Positions 6,950 to 7,030 of a stretch of 7,030 nt of DNA are shown in pieces. Numbering within the stretch: the first letter of the stretch is position 1; each line of letters begins with the position of its first letter. Position numbers and translations under genes: made by a program. This stretch comes from Piromyces finnis finn (taxonomy: Eukaryota > Fungi > Neocallimastigomycota), in contig MCFH01000232.1 in assembly GCA_002104945.1 (NCBI GenBank), positions 1 through 7,030 on the forward strand. Direction: 5' to 3'. Below the pieces are notes generated by a model. It was given only the letters and a program-made list of their open reading frames with translations. It searched no databases and was not told the origin of the DNA.

Positions 6950-7030
6950 GTAAGCTTTTTCTTAAATATAAAATAAGAATTTTAATATTAACTTGAAATA
7001 CATATGAATATGAATTCTTATAATAAATAA

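Overview
Extremely AT-rich, intron-dense eukaryotic genomic DNA. Base composition, A/T-ending codons and a fungal-type Vps35 are most consistent with an anaerobic gut fungus (Neocallimastigomycota); this taxon is an inference. Splicing by hand resolves three genes, none correctly represented by the ORF track. (1) The 3' part of a GH47 EDEM/Mnl1-type ER alpha-1,2-mannosidase-like gene (+, 72-1076, 5 exons, starts upstream of the window). (2) A complete 4-exon, 108-aa PAT-complex subunit Asterix (WDR83OS/UPF0139) gene (-, 1678-2384), entirely absent from the ORF track. (3) VPS35 (+, 3784 to beyond the window end; 10 exons and 729 codons in view). Asterix and VPS35 diverge from a 1.4-kb intergenic region. 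I found no mobile element, CRISPR array or RNA gene, and no convincing novel multi-gene system. This is a housekeeping region. The best second-look items are the hidden Asterix gene, two TGACG sites placed symmetrically at -464 from both divergent start codons, and an atypical VPS35 intron 3 (weak GTTCAA donor, internal U12-like ATATCCTTT motif, cryptic acceptors leading to a stop).
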